DNA of 64,000 nt from NCBI GenBank assembly GCA_022508375.1, contig JAFLVJ010000002.1, positions 104,323-168,322 of the forward strand, read 5' to 3'. The position numbers were made by a program, and so were the translations under genes. Below, piece after piece: positions 54,406 to 62,947 of the stretch (its first letter is position 1; each line of letters begins with the position of its first letter). This DNA comes from Clostridiales bacterium. Its GTDB lineage: Bacteria > Bacillota > Clostridia > Christensenellales > CAG-314. A model generated the notes under the pieces. The model was not told where the DNA came from, did no database searches, and saw nothing but the letters and a program-made list of their open reading frames with translations.

Positions 54406-55431
54406 ATGAAACTAATAAGTTTTGCGGTACCTTGCTACAATTCGCAGGAGTACATGCGCAAATGTATAGAAAGTATTTTGACTGGTGGAGAGGACGTTGA
54501 AATAATAATAGTCAACGACGGCTCCAAGGATAACACCCTGCAAATAGCGCAGGAATACGTGGAAAAATATCCAACTATCGTCAAGGTTATAGACAAAGAA
54601 AACGGCGGACACGGATCAGGTGTAAACGCCGGCATGCATACTGCAACGGGATTGTATTACAAGGTTGTGGATAGCGACGACTGGGTAGATGAAGACGCAT
54701 TGCGTACGCTTATCGACACAATCAAGCAACATTTGTCAGCCGAGCAATTGCCCGACTTGTACATCACCAACTTTATATACGACCGCGTAGTTACCAATGA
54801 ACAGTACGTATCCGACTATGTAAAAATGATGCCGCAGGGGCAAATTATCGGCTGGGACAAGGTTAAAAAATTTCGACTCAGCCACATGCTTTTGATGCAC
54901 TCACTCATGTACAAACGCGAAAAACTGCTTGCAAGCGGCACCGTGCTACCCGAGCATACCTTTTATGTGGACGAGCTATACGCGTACAAGCCGTTGCCCT
55001 ACATGGAAACAATTTGCTACCTTAACCTGAACCTGTATCATTACTTTATAGGTAGAGCAGACCAATCCGTCACCAAGAGCAATATGCTGGCAAGATACAA
55101 GCAACAGCTTCGCGTAATGCGTGAAATGATTGACTCATACACATGGGACGAAATACGCAAAATGCCCAAGGGACTGCGTCGATATATGTGGCATTCGTTG
55201 GCGGTAATCATGGTACTGGCAACTTTCTATACCTGTGCTGAGTGGTCGGATGAAAGGAAGCAAGCAATCAATGAATTGTGGCAACACCTCAAGGAAAGAG
55301 ATATCAAGCTGTACCGTAGGTTACGCCATAGGTCGTATGTGACGTTCGTCAATTGCATGGGATGGCGTATGCGCAAATTTGTACTCAATAAGGGGTACGA
55401 TATTCTCTGCAAAGAAATAAAATTAGGTTAA
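54406..55431 (+). CDS. Glycosyltransferase family 2
   Basis: 'ISFAVPCYNSQEYMRKCIESIL', 'IIIVNDGSKDNT' and 'VDSDDW' (GT-A DxD). Confidence 0.9.
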   Translation: MKLISFAVPCYNSQEYMRKCIESILTGGEDVEIIIVNDGSKDNTLQIAQEYVEKYPTIVKVIDKENGGHGSGVNAGMHTATGLYYKVVDSDDWVDEDALRTLIDTIKQHLSAEQLPDLYITNFIYDRVVTNEQYVSDYVKMMPQGQIIGWDKVKKFRLSHMLLMHSLMYKREKLLASGTVLPEHTFYVDELYAYKPLPYMETICYLNLNLYHYFIGRADQSVTKSNMLARYKQQLRVMREMIDSYTWDEIRKMPKGLRRYMWHSLAVIMVLATFYTCAEWSDERKQAINELWQHLKERDIKLYRRLRHRSYVTFVNCMGWRMRKFVLNKGYDILCKEIKLG

Positions 55432-55434
55432 AAT

Positions 55435-56532
55435 ATGAAATACGATTTTCTTATTGTCGGCGCAGGACTTTTCGGCGCTGTCTTTGCGCATGAAGCGACT
55501 AAACGTGGCAAAAAATGCCTCGTTATCGACAAGCGCAGCCATATTGGTGGAAATATTTACACCCACGAAGTGGAAGGTATCAACGTCCACGTGTATGGCG
55601 CGCATATTTTTCACACTTCCGATAAAGTAGTGTGGGATTACGTCAATAATTTCGCCGAGTTTAACAATTATGTCAACTCACCCGTTGCCGTATATCATGG
55701 CGAGGTGTACAACTTGCCCTTTAACATGAATACGTTTTCGAAGATGTGGGGTGTGGTGACTCCGCAACAGGCCAAGGCAAAAATTGCCGAACAGGTGAAA
55801 CAGGCGAATATAACCTCACCCAAAAACCTTGAGGAGCAAGCCATAAGTATGGTTGGCGAGGATATATACAAAAAACTCGTCAAGGAATACACCGAAAAGC
55901 AGTGGGGTAGGGATTGCAAGGATTTACCTGCATTTATCATTAAACGTTTGCCTGTACGCTTTATCTACGACAACAATTATTTTAGCGACAAATATCAAGG
56001 CATACCAATTGGCGGTTACACCAAGATGGTGGAAAAATTGCTTAACGGTGTTGAAGTTAAATTAAATTGCGACTTTTTGGCAAATAGAAGCGAGTTGGAA
56101 AAAGTCGCCGATAAGATTGTATATACAGGACCGATAGACGCACTTTTCGATTACCGACTGGGTGAATTGGAGTTTAGGACGCTCAAGTTCAAAACGGAAA
56201 CACTCGATACCGATAACTATCAAGGTAACGCTGTAGTAAATTATACTTCACACGAAGTTGCTTACACTCGAATTGTAGAGCACAAGCATTTCGAATTCGG
56301 TTCTCAACCTAAGACTGTAATAACAAGGGAGTATCCCCAAGCTTGGCAACAAGGCAGTGAGCCGTACTACCCCGTTAACGACGACAGGAACAACAGTTTG
56401 GCAGCTCAATACGTTGCTATGGCGCGTCAAGCGGGATATATTCTCGGTGGCAGACTTGCCGACTACAAGTATTACGACATGGACAAGATTGTCAAAAACG
56501 CGTTGCTACTTGCCGACCAAATTCTATCGTAA
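55435..56532 (+). CDS. glf: UDP-galactopyranose mutase
   Basis: FAD motif 'YDFLIVGAGLFGAVFA', 'VIDKRSHIGGN', and a full-length Glf-like sequence ending '...GRLADYKYYDMD'. Confidence 0.93.
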   Translation: MKYDFLIVGAGLFGAVFAHEATKRGKKCLVIDKRSHIGGNIYTHEVEGINVHVYGAHIFHTSDKVVWDYVNNFAEFNNYVNSPVAVYHGEVYNLPFNMNTFSKMWGVVTPQQAKAKIAEQVKQANITSPKNLEEQAISMVGEDIYKKLVKEYTEKQWGRDCKDLPAFIIKRLPVRFIYDNNYFSDKYQGIPIGGYTKMVEKLLNGVEVKLNCDFLANRSELEKVADKIVYTGPIDALFDYRLGELEFRTLKFKTETLDTDNYQGNAVVNYTSHEVAYTRIVEHKHFEFGSQPKTVITREYPQAWQQGSEPYYPVNDDRNNSLAAQYVAMARQAGYILGGRLADYKYYDMDKIVKNALLLADQILS

Positions 56533-56610
56533 TTACTCGGAATCTGAGAACTGCGAAGCTTAAATCGTAAATGTTGTACACTTTAACTACTTTTACTGCA
56601 AATAAACGGT

Positions 56611-57579
56611 ATGAATAAAACAGTTAAACTATCTGTAATCATCATAGTTGTTGCCTTGCTGTATATGACGGTTGTATTGACAGCGTGTCAAGGTTCAACT
56701 GCAACACAGACGGGCACGATATCGGATATTACCAAGGGATACTTCGCTGGTGTGGAAGGTGCGTCATCCGTTACTATTAACTTAGATGATTACGTCAACG
56801 CAAACGGTACTTCGGTCACCTATTCCGCGCAAAGTGACAACGTTGACATCGCAACTGTATCAGTTGACGGTGCAACGCTTACCGTATCTCTTCAAGGCGC
56901 CGAAGGAAATACTTTTATTACCGTTTTTGTTTATTCCAACGGCAAAAAAAGCTTTTCTTTGTCTTTCGGTCTCACTGCCAAGGTTTACGAACGTGTTGCG
57001 TGTATCGGCGATAGCCTTACTTACGGACACAGTTGGCACAACCAGTCGTACCCCGTGTATTTGCAGGAAATACTCGGTGATGCCGTGGAGGTAAAAAACT
57101 TCGGTGTAAACGGTTCTGCAGTAACCAATCGCAATGAAACTAATTATCGTCTGAAATACGACACTTTGAAGGAGTACGCGGACAGTCTTACTTTTCAACC
57201 GGATATCGTTGTTGTTATGCTCGGTTCAAACGACGGATACAACTGGACGGGTTCTGCACCCACGTTTGAACAGGAATACACTAAACTGCTCAATTCGTAT
57301 TTGGAAAGTGGTGTTGAGCAAATCGTCATGCTCACGTCTCCGCCCACGCTCAAAAATAACGCATTTAATATACCCGATGAAGTGCTCAGCGGACAGATAT
57401 GTCCCCGTCAACGCGCTATCGCTATTCAATTCGGTTTGCCGCTAGTAGATGTGCGTGCGGCTTTTGAGGCTTTGGACAGCTTCGATTCGCTTTACCGTAC
57501 GGGAGACGGAGTGCATTTCTCGGTAGAAGGTGCACAGTTTGTTGCGCAACTCGTTGCCGATAAGTTAATTAAGTTGTAA
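56611..57579 (+). CDS. SGNH/GDSL hydrolase lipoprotein (putative glycan esterase/acyl-esterase) with an N-terminal Ig-like domain
   Basis: Lipobox 'VVLTAC|QG'. SGNH blocks 'ACIGDSLTYG', 'GVNGS', 'MLGSNDG' and 'GDGVHFS'. Confidence 0.85.
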   Translation: MNKTVKLSVIIIVVALLYMTVVLTACQGSTATQTGTISDITKGYFAGVEGASSVTINLDDYVNANGTSVTYSAQSDNVDIATVSVDGATLTVSLQGAEGNTFITVFVYSNGKKSFSLSFGLTAKVYERVACIGDSLTYGHSWHNQSYPVYLQEILGDAVEVKNFGVNGSAVTNRNETNYRLKYDTLKEYADSLTFQPDIVVVMLGSNDGYNWTGSAPTFEQEYTKLLNSYLESGVEQIVMLTSPPTLKNNAFNIPDEVLSGQICPRQRAIAIQFGLPLVDVRAAFEALDSFDSLYRTGDGVHFSVEGAQFVAQLVADKLIKL

Positions 57580-57721
57580 TAACCAATTACTTTGTTATAA
57601 TACATGGCGCCACCGTGTTCCTTTTTTATGCACTCGTTTAAATTAACGGCATGATATTTCCGCAACGTCAGTTTAGCATCAAAACGATAAAAAATATACC
57701 GCAATGACTTTGGGGATAGAA

Positions 57722-57750
57722 TTGACAACCCTCAGTAAAATTGGTATAAT
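57722..57750 (+). promoter_or_regulatory. Consensus sigma-A promoter of tRNA-Arg
   Basis: TTGACA(57722-57727)-17 bp-TGG TATAAT(57742-57750). Confidence 0.8.
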
Positions 57751-57771
57751 TTTTAATACATTTTTACAAAT

Positions 57772-57846
57772 GCTTCCGTAGTTAAATGGATATAACAAGC
57801 CCCTCCTAAGGGCTAGTTATGGGTTCGATTCCCGTCGGGAGTACCA
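57772..57846 (+). tRNA. tRNA-Arg (anticodon CCT), CCA encoded
   Basis: Manual cloverleaf: acceptor GCTTCCG/CGGGAGT (with G-U pairs); D arm GTTA-AATGGATA-TAAC; anticodon arm AGCCC-CTCCTAA-GGGCT; T-loop TTCGATT; 75 nt. Confidence 0.85.
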
Positions 57847-57847
57847 C

Positions 57848-57886
57848 AAAACCGTAAGATTTCTCACAATCTTGCGGTTTTTCTTT
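57848..57886 (+). terminator. Rho-independent terminator after tRNA-Arg
   Basis: Stem aaaaccgtaagat(57848-57860)/atcttgcggtttt(57869-57881) followed by a T-run. Confidence 0.8.
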
Positions 57887-58010
57887 TCTGTAATATTTTA
57901 TATCTATTATTTTTCAGAAATATATTGACATATTCTTTGTTATGTATTATACTACAACGATTTAGTATAACAAATGCTAAATGGAGGCATGGGCGAAAAG
58001 GAGTTTTTAA

Positions 58011-58637
58011 ATGAGTGATTATCGTTATGTAACTAAAGACCAGTATTCTGAGGCTAAGCAAGATTTAATCGAACTAATCAATCTCGTACAAGATGAGGTT
58101 CGCGATTACTTTACTTTTCGCTATGACTTTATTGGTAGCGTATCAAGGAACATGGTCACCATGGACTATGATTCCAATGTAGGTTATGATTTCGATGTCA
58201 ATCTTCGTGTAAATGATGATGAGGAAAATTATTCTGCTGAAGAGATAAAACAGATTTTAAAAAAAGGATTTGACAAATTCGCCCATCTATTTAAATATGA
58301 TTATAGTGAGGATAGTACACGTGTTTTAACCATCAAAGTAAAAGACAGACAACATTCGAGAATATTGCATAGCGCCGACTTTGCTGTTGTTCATGATGGT
58401 AGTAAAGGACAGCAGTATATACATTATAATAAAAATCAACAAACATATGAGTGGCAATATCAGCCGAAATCGTATTACAAATTAGATGAGCGTATTGCTA
58501 TAATTAAAGAAAATAATCTTTGGCAAAAAGTGCGTGATTTGTATTTAAATAAGAAGAATAATAATACTGATGGGAAAAAGTCTCGTTCTCTATTTGCCGA
58601 GACAATAAATGAAATATATATGCAATATTTTGAGTGA
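58011..58637 (+). CDS. Pol-beta superfamily nucleotidyltransferase, family unassigned (orphan)
   Basis: NTase signature 'IGSVSRNMVTMDYDSNVGYDFDVNL' (GS ... DxD) and a later acidic strand 'HSADFAVV'. AAGGAG RBS. The gene is visibly more AT-rich than its neighbours. Confidence 0.75.
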   Translation: MSDYRYVTKDQYSEAKQDLIELINLVQDEVRDYFTFRYDFIGSVSRNMVTMDYDSNVGYDFDVNLRVNDDEENYSAEEIKQILKKGFDKFAHLFKYDYSEDSTRVLTIKVKDRQHSRILHSADFAVVHDGSKGQQYIHYNKNQQTYEWQYQPKSYYKLDERIAIIKENNLWQKVRDLYLNKKNNNTDGKKSRSLFAETINEIYMQYFE

Positions 58638-58763
58638 TAATAAAACTGCCAATATATGAACACTCTGAAAAAATATTGTGGTGTTTTCGCTATAATTATA
58701 TATTATTAAAGCGATAATACAATAATGGGATAATTTGTAAAATACGCGTAATTTATCATTAGT

Positions 58764-58808
58764 AAAAACAACGATGCGGATGTTACTCTGCATCGTTGTT
58801 TTTTTTGT
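58764..58808. terminator. Bidirectional terminator between the NTase gene and the AraC-family gene
   Basis: Stem aacaacgatgc(58767-58777)/gcatcgttgtt(58790-58800), flanked by an A-run and a T-run. Confidence 0.8.
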
Positions 58809-58825
58809 TGGTGAGTTATAAGCGG

Positions 58826-59722
58826 CTATTTGCCCAGTGAAAACCTAAATTGACGCGGGGTCATGCCGTATTGCTTCTTGAATTGGCGGTTGAAGTAGGA
58901 CACGTTGTTGTATCCCACTTGATAGGCAATGGTTGCAACGTCGTCCTGCGTGTCGCGCAATTGACGTCCCGCAACGGTCAGGCGGTAATTGTTGACGTAA
59001 TCTACGACGCTAACGCCTGTCAGCTGCTTAAACAGCTTCATTGTGTAAAATTCGCTGTAGCCGCAGTGTTTGGATAATTTTTCTATTGTTATTTCATTCA
59101 TATATTCCGCACGGATATATTCCAACGCTTTGCGCACTGTATATAAACGTCTATCCTCGGCAAGATTTTGCTTGACGTTCATCAGGCGATTATTGTAAAT
59201 GTGGTAAAACATCCAGTACAGGTTGGCTTTTATGTCCAGCTCGGCGCCCTCCTTGGTGCTGTCGCTCATAAGTATGGATGTCATGCTTTGATCGAACGGA
59301 TGATACCAACTGTCAGTAGGTCTCACAATGCACGGCACGGAGTGCTTTTCGTTCAACAGCGGAGCAAAGTATTTTAGCGTGCATACGTCCGCTCCTCCCG
59401 TCTCCAACAGTCGCAAATTAAACACAATGACGTCTGCAATCATTTCGTTGTTGCCCAGACGGTTGATTGCGTGCATAACAAACGGTCGCAGTATAATAAT
59501 ATCTCCTGCCTCAGCCGTGTACTTTACGCCGTCAACGGAAACTTCGCCAATACCGCTTTGCACCTTGATGATTTCCATTTCCTCATGCCAGTGGATGGGT
59601 TGAAATGGCAACTGCTCGCTTACTTTTGTGTGATACTGCGCAAATGGCAGTAGCGGAGTTCCGTGAGTTACTTTTTCCTTATATTCGTTATAGTTTTTTT
59701 CGTTAATCGAGTGATAATCCAT
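58826..59722 (-). CDS. AraC/XylS family transcriptional regulator (cupin sensor plus HTH_18)
   Basis: The C-terminal double HTH ('LSKHCGYSEFYTMKLFKQLTGVSVVDYVNNYRL' and 'IAYQVGYNNVSYFNRQFKKQYGMTPRQFR') follows an N-terminal cupin ('HWHEEMEIIKVQSG'). The start is placed at Met84 of the long ORF (ATG 59722) because the upstream 83 codons are AT-rich junk. No clear SD. Confidence 0.85.
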   Translation of the reverse strand: MDYHSINEKNYNEYKEKVTHGTPLLPFAQYHTKVSEQLPFQPIHWHEEMEIIKVQSGIGEVSVDGVKYTAEAGDIIILRPFVMHAINRLGNNEMIADVIVFNLRLLETGGADVCTLKYFAPLLNEKHSVPCIVRPTDSWYHPFDQSMTSILMSDSTKEGAELDIKANLYWMFYHIYNNRLMNVKQNLAEDRRLYTVRKALEYIRAEYMNEITIEKLSKHCGYSEFYTMKLFKQLTGVSVVDYVNNYRLTVAGRQLRDTQDDVATIAYQVGYNNVSYFNRQFKKQYGMTPRQFRFSLGK

Positions 59723-59970
59723 AGTATTTACAGTGTTGTTTACAATACCGAACAAGTTTTCTTGTATGGAATTATTTATTTGCTGAATTTCGAATATTTT
59801 GTTACTTTCCTGTTCATTATATAATAGCAATTGAAAAAAGTAAACAAAATAACAGTATTGTGTTAGTTTTTTACAAGATATTGCAATCAATTTTTTATAA
59901 AAAACAATATAATGATGGCGTAAACAGCAATTTAGTTTGCGATTTGACAATAAGTAAGGAGGTAAACGCA

Positions 59971-60093
59971 ATGCTTAGATATGATTACGATTACGAAAGA
60001 GAACACCGAGACCCGTGTGATGTTTTTGAGGAACAGCGCGCATATGTTATTGCATTGGGGCTTACAAATGCTTTTATGCAACTTGGTAAATAG
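59971..60093 (+). CDS. Small hypothetical protein (40 aa)
   Basis: Strong RBS AAGGAGG (59956-59962) 8 nt before ATG 59971. Sequence 'MLRYDYDYEREHRDPCDVFEEQRAYVIALGLTNAFMQLGK'. A weak hairpin plus T-run follows (60108-60155). Divergent from the AraC gene. Confidence 0.5.
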   Translation: MLRYDYDYEREHRDPCDVFEEQRAYVIALGLTNAFMQLGK

Positions 60094-60175
60094 ATATCCT
60101 TTTATGTAAAAATACTCCGCAAGTCTTGTTTGACTAGTGGGGTATTTTTATTTTATATATAAACTTTAGATAGTA

Positions 60176-60204
60176 TTGAAACTTTATTTTCGGTGTGGTA
60201 AAAT
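60176..60204 (+). promoter_or_regulatory. Sigma-A type promoter of the sbcD-like operon; ATG at or near predicted +1 (leaderless)
   Basis: TTGAAA(60176-60181)-17 bp-TGG TAAAAT(60196-60204). The ATG at 60212 lies 7 nt after the -10. Confidence 0.5.
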
Positions 60205-60211
60205 ATAACCT

Positions 60212-61240
60212 ATGAAGATAATTCATTGCGCAGATATACATTTAGATTCGCCGCTAATTGGCGTAAAAGACTCGGGCGCGCGTCGCCACGAGTTACTTGT
60301 TGCGCTAATGAACATGTCCGAATATGCCAATAATAACGGCGTTTCGGCAATTATTGTTGCGGGCGATTTGTTTGACGATAGGTTCGCTACATCCTCTACT
60401 GTGGAAAGCGTAGCGGAAATTGTTCGTGCAAGCAAGGCGGCTTGGTTTGTGTTGCGTGGCAATCATGGCGGACGTGATCCTTACGTCAAGCTACACGAAC
60501 TTTGTTCGCAAATCAACTTCTTTGAGGATTCCTGGACATCGTACAACCTCGGCAACGTTACAATTTGCGGACGCGAACTGGGACATAACGACGTTGAACA
60601 GTGGGGCAGACTCTCTTTGGATGCGTCCCGTTACAACATTGTGGTTTTGCACGGCGATATTGACGACGACAGCTACGGCTTGATAGACAAGCGCGCATTG
60701 GCAAACAGTGGTGCCCGATACGTTGCATTGGGACACAGGCACACCTTCGCGGAGCACAAGCTTGGGGTTGTTCGTGCATGTTACAGTGGCGTATTGGAGT
60801 CGCGCGGATTTGACGAACCGACGTCCGGCTTTGTCGAAATAGATACCGATACGGATAAGATTTGCTTTATCAAGCAGCCCATTCGCTCGGTTGTTACCAC
60901 GCTGATTGACGTAACGGATATCACAAGTGATATTGCATTGCAACGCCTTGTGTCCGATACGGTAGCAGACGTGTCTCCACGCAATTATCTAAACGTCGTA
61001 TTATGCGGAAGCGTCACTGCCGATTTGCACACGTCAGTGGTTAAGCAGCTACTTCAAGATAGGTTTTTCGCGTTGCGGATAAAGGACGAAACGACAACTA
61101 AGATTGACGTTTCCTCTCTGTTAAACGAAGTGTCGTTGCGCGGCGAGTTCGTAAAGCTTGCAATGAACGAAAAAGACGAAAAACTTCGTGACGAAATTAT
61201 AAAGCTTGGATTGTTAGCGCTAAACGGAGGGAACTTATGA
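60212..61240 (+). CDS. Mre11/SbcD-type metallophosphoesterase (YhaO-like DNA repair exonuclease)
   Basis: 'MKIIHCADIHLDS', 'VAGDLFD', 'GNHG', 'VLHGD' and 'LGHRH' phosphoesterase motifs. Confidence 0.88.
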   Translation: MKIIHCADIHLDSPLIGVKDSGARRHELLVALMNMSEYANNNGVSAIIVAGDLFDDRFATSSTVESVAEIVRASKAAWFVLRGNHGGRDPYVKLHELCSQINFFEDSWTSYNLGNVTICGRELGHNDVEQWGRLSLDASRYNIVVLHGDIDDDSYGLIDKRALANSGARYVALGHRHTFAEHKLGVVRACYSGVLESRGFDEPTSGFVEIDTDTDKICFIKQPIRSVVTTLIDVTDITSDIALQRLVSDTVADVSPRNYLNVVLCGSVTADLHTSVVKQLLQDRFFALRIKDETTTKIDVSSLLNEVSLRGEFVKLAMNEKDEKLRDEIIKLGLLALNGGNL

Positions 61241-62853
61241 AGATAATTTCCGTTCACGTGGTGGCGTTTGGCAAACTCAAAAACGTCAATTTGCAGTTTA
61301 ATAGTGGACTAAACGTTTTGCAGGAGGCAAATTCCTTTGGCAAAACTACAATGGCGGGCTTTATCCGCGCAATGCTGTATGGGCTTGCATCCACGCGTTC
61401 GAAGGATATCAATAATTTATCTCACTTCGCGCCATGGGGCAGTACGGATAAGTTTGGCGGAAGCATGGTTGTGGAGCACAACGGCGAAACCTACCGTATC
61501 GAACGCTTTTTCGGTTCAACCGCCCGTCACGAAACGCTCAGGGTTACCAACGAAAAGACGGGAAGTCCTGTCGATTGGGTCAAGCAACCGGGCGAAATGC
61601 TGCTTGGACTGACGGCGGATAGTTACGACCGTTCGGCGTATTTCCCGCAGGAAGCGGTGGAGTTGGCTAACAACGAAAACCTCGACAACCGATTGGCAAA
61701 TTTGGTGGGAGACACCGCTGAGGATTACGAAAAAGTTCAAGAAAGGCTACGCTCTTACAAGAAAAGCCTTCGATACGAGCGCGGTCTCGGCGGTAAAATA
61801 TACGAGTTGGAAACGCAAAAACGTCAGTTGGAAGAGCAACTGAACAACGCGCAACAGGCGGAAAGACGGGCGAGCGAAATTGACAAGCGCCTAGCTCAGA
61901 TTGAACAGGAAAAAAGGGCGTTAGAGCAACGCTACGCGGAGTGTCAGGAGCAGTTGACAAATTTACAGCTGACGACGCAATCAACCTTTCTTGATATAAA
62001 ACATCAGAAAAAACAGCCGATACTAAATAAATTTACGATAGTTGTCGGCATTATACTTATAGTAATTGGAATTGTATTTGCAGTTCTCGGCGCAATTGAA
62101 GTCTTGCCACTGAAAATCAGTCTTGTTATCTCCGTTGGAGCATTTGGTTTGGTTGGCGTAGGATTGATACTGGTGTTAGCGGAGCATATTGTACAAAAAT
62201 ACCGTCCTAGTGGGCTTCCGAATGGCACACAACAGTCAATAACGGAGTCAGCTGGCAATGACAAGTTTACAACTCAATATCTCGAAGACGCTCAAAGGTG
62301 TGTTAAAGCTTTGAGCGAGCTGTCAACGGAGACGGGACGGCTCAGTGAGGAGCGCAAGGGACTTACGTTTAACAGCGTTGAGATAATGGACGAGATCATG
62401 ACCGTGGAGGAACAACGCAAGGACGCCGTGCACCGCTACGAAGTGGCGGATAGAGTAGTCAAACTTTTGGAACAGGCCAAGGACAATTTGTCGTCAAGCT
62501 ACTTGCCACGGTTATGTGCGCGTTGCAGTGAGCTTTTGCAGGAAATTACGCAAAATGAATACAGCGTAGTGGTAGATCGCAACTTTACGGTTAGTCTGCG
62601 AGAAAAGGGACAAACGCAGCAGATTTCCGAATTTTCACGCGGTATTCGTGAAATAACACTGCTGTGTTTCCGTATTGCTTTATCCGAATTGCTTTACGAC
62701 AACGCAATATCATTTGTAATCATTGACGATGCATTTGTCAACTTCGACGAGGACAACTTTGCTCGTGCAACCATGCTGTTGAAAAAGTTGTCAACACACG
62801 CGCAGGTTGTTTACTTTACCTGTCATCAACGTACAGGTAAGCTGCTTAAATAA
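61237..62853 (+). CDS. Rad50/SbcC-like (YhaN-family) ABC-type ATPase with short coiled coils and a central two-helix membrane hairpin
   Basis: N-terminal P-loop 'NSFGKTT'. Coiled-coil 'LETQKRQLEEQLNNAQQAERRASEIDKRLAQIEQEKRALEQRYAECQEQL'. Two hydrophobic helices 'FTIVVGIILIVIGIVFAVLGAI' and 'ISLVISVGAFGLVGVGLILVLA'. C-terminal signature-like 'FSRG', Walker B 'FVIIDDAF' and H-loop 'FTCH'. The start overlaps the sbcD-like stop (ATGA). Confidence 0.85.
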   Translation: MKIISVHVVAFGKLKNVNLQFNSGLNVLQEANSFGKTTMAGFIRAMLYGLASTRSKDINNLSHFAPWGSTDKFGGSMVVEHNGETYRIERFFGSTARHETLRVTNEKTGSPVDWVKQPGEMLLGLTADSYDRSAYFPQEAVELANNENLDNRLANLVGDTAEDYEKVQERLRSYKKSLRYERGLGGKIYELETQKRQLEEQLNNAQQAERRASEIDKRLAQIEQEKRALEQRYAECQEQLTNLQLTTQSTFLDIKHQKKQPILNKFTIVVGIILIVIGIVFAVLGAIEVLPLKISLVISVGAFGLVGVGLILVLAEHIVQKYRPSGLPNGTQQSITESAGNDKFTTQYLEDAQRCVKALSELSTETGRLSEERKGLTFNSVEIMDEIMTVEEQRKDAVHRYEVADRVVKLLEQAKDNLSSSYLPRLCARCSELLQEITQNEYSVVVDRNFTVSLREKGQTQQISEFSRGIREITLLCFRIALSELLYDNAISFVIIDDAFVNFDEDNFARATMLLKKLSTHAQVVYFTCHQRTGKLLK

Positions 62854-62947
62854 GTTAACTGCAACATTTTATGTTACGACTGCTTATTTAATATTCGTAC
62901 GTAATATGTTGCTTACATCACATAAAATTATATTAAGAGGTGAATAT

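Noticed and set aside
58011-58637. Considered calling the NTase a CBASS/CD-NTase defence operon.
   Set aside because: At 208 aa it is too short for typical CD-NTases. No effector, Cap2/Cap3, SAVED, SLATT or HEPN gene is adjacent, and the only neighbours are a tRNA and an AraC regulator. It is kept as an unassigned NTase.
59723-59971. 83-codon N-terminal extension of the AraC-family ORF.
   Set aside because: It is AT-rich low-complexity translation with no similarity to cupin or AraC N-termini, and it overlaps the divergent promoter region and the RBS of the small ORF. Met84 gives a normal 299-aa AraC protein.
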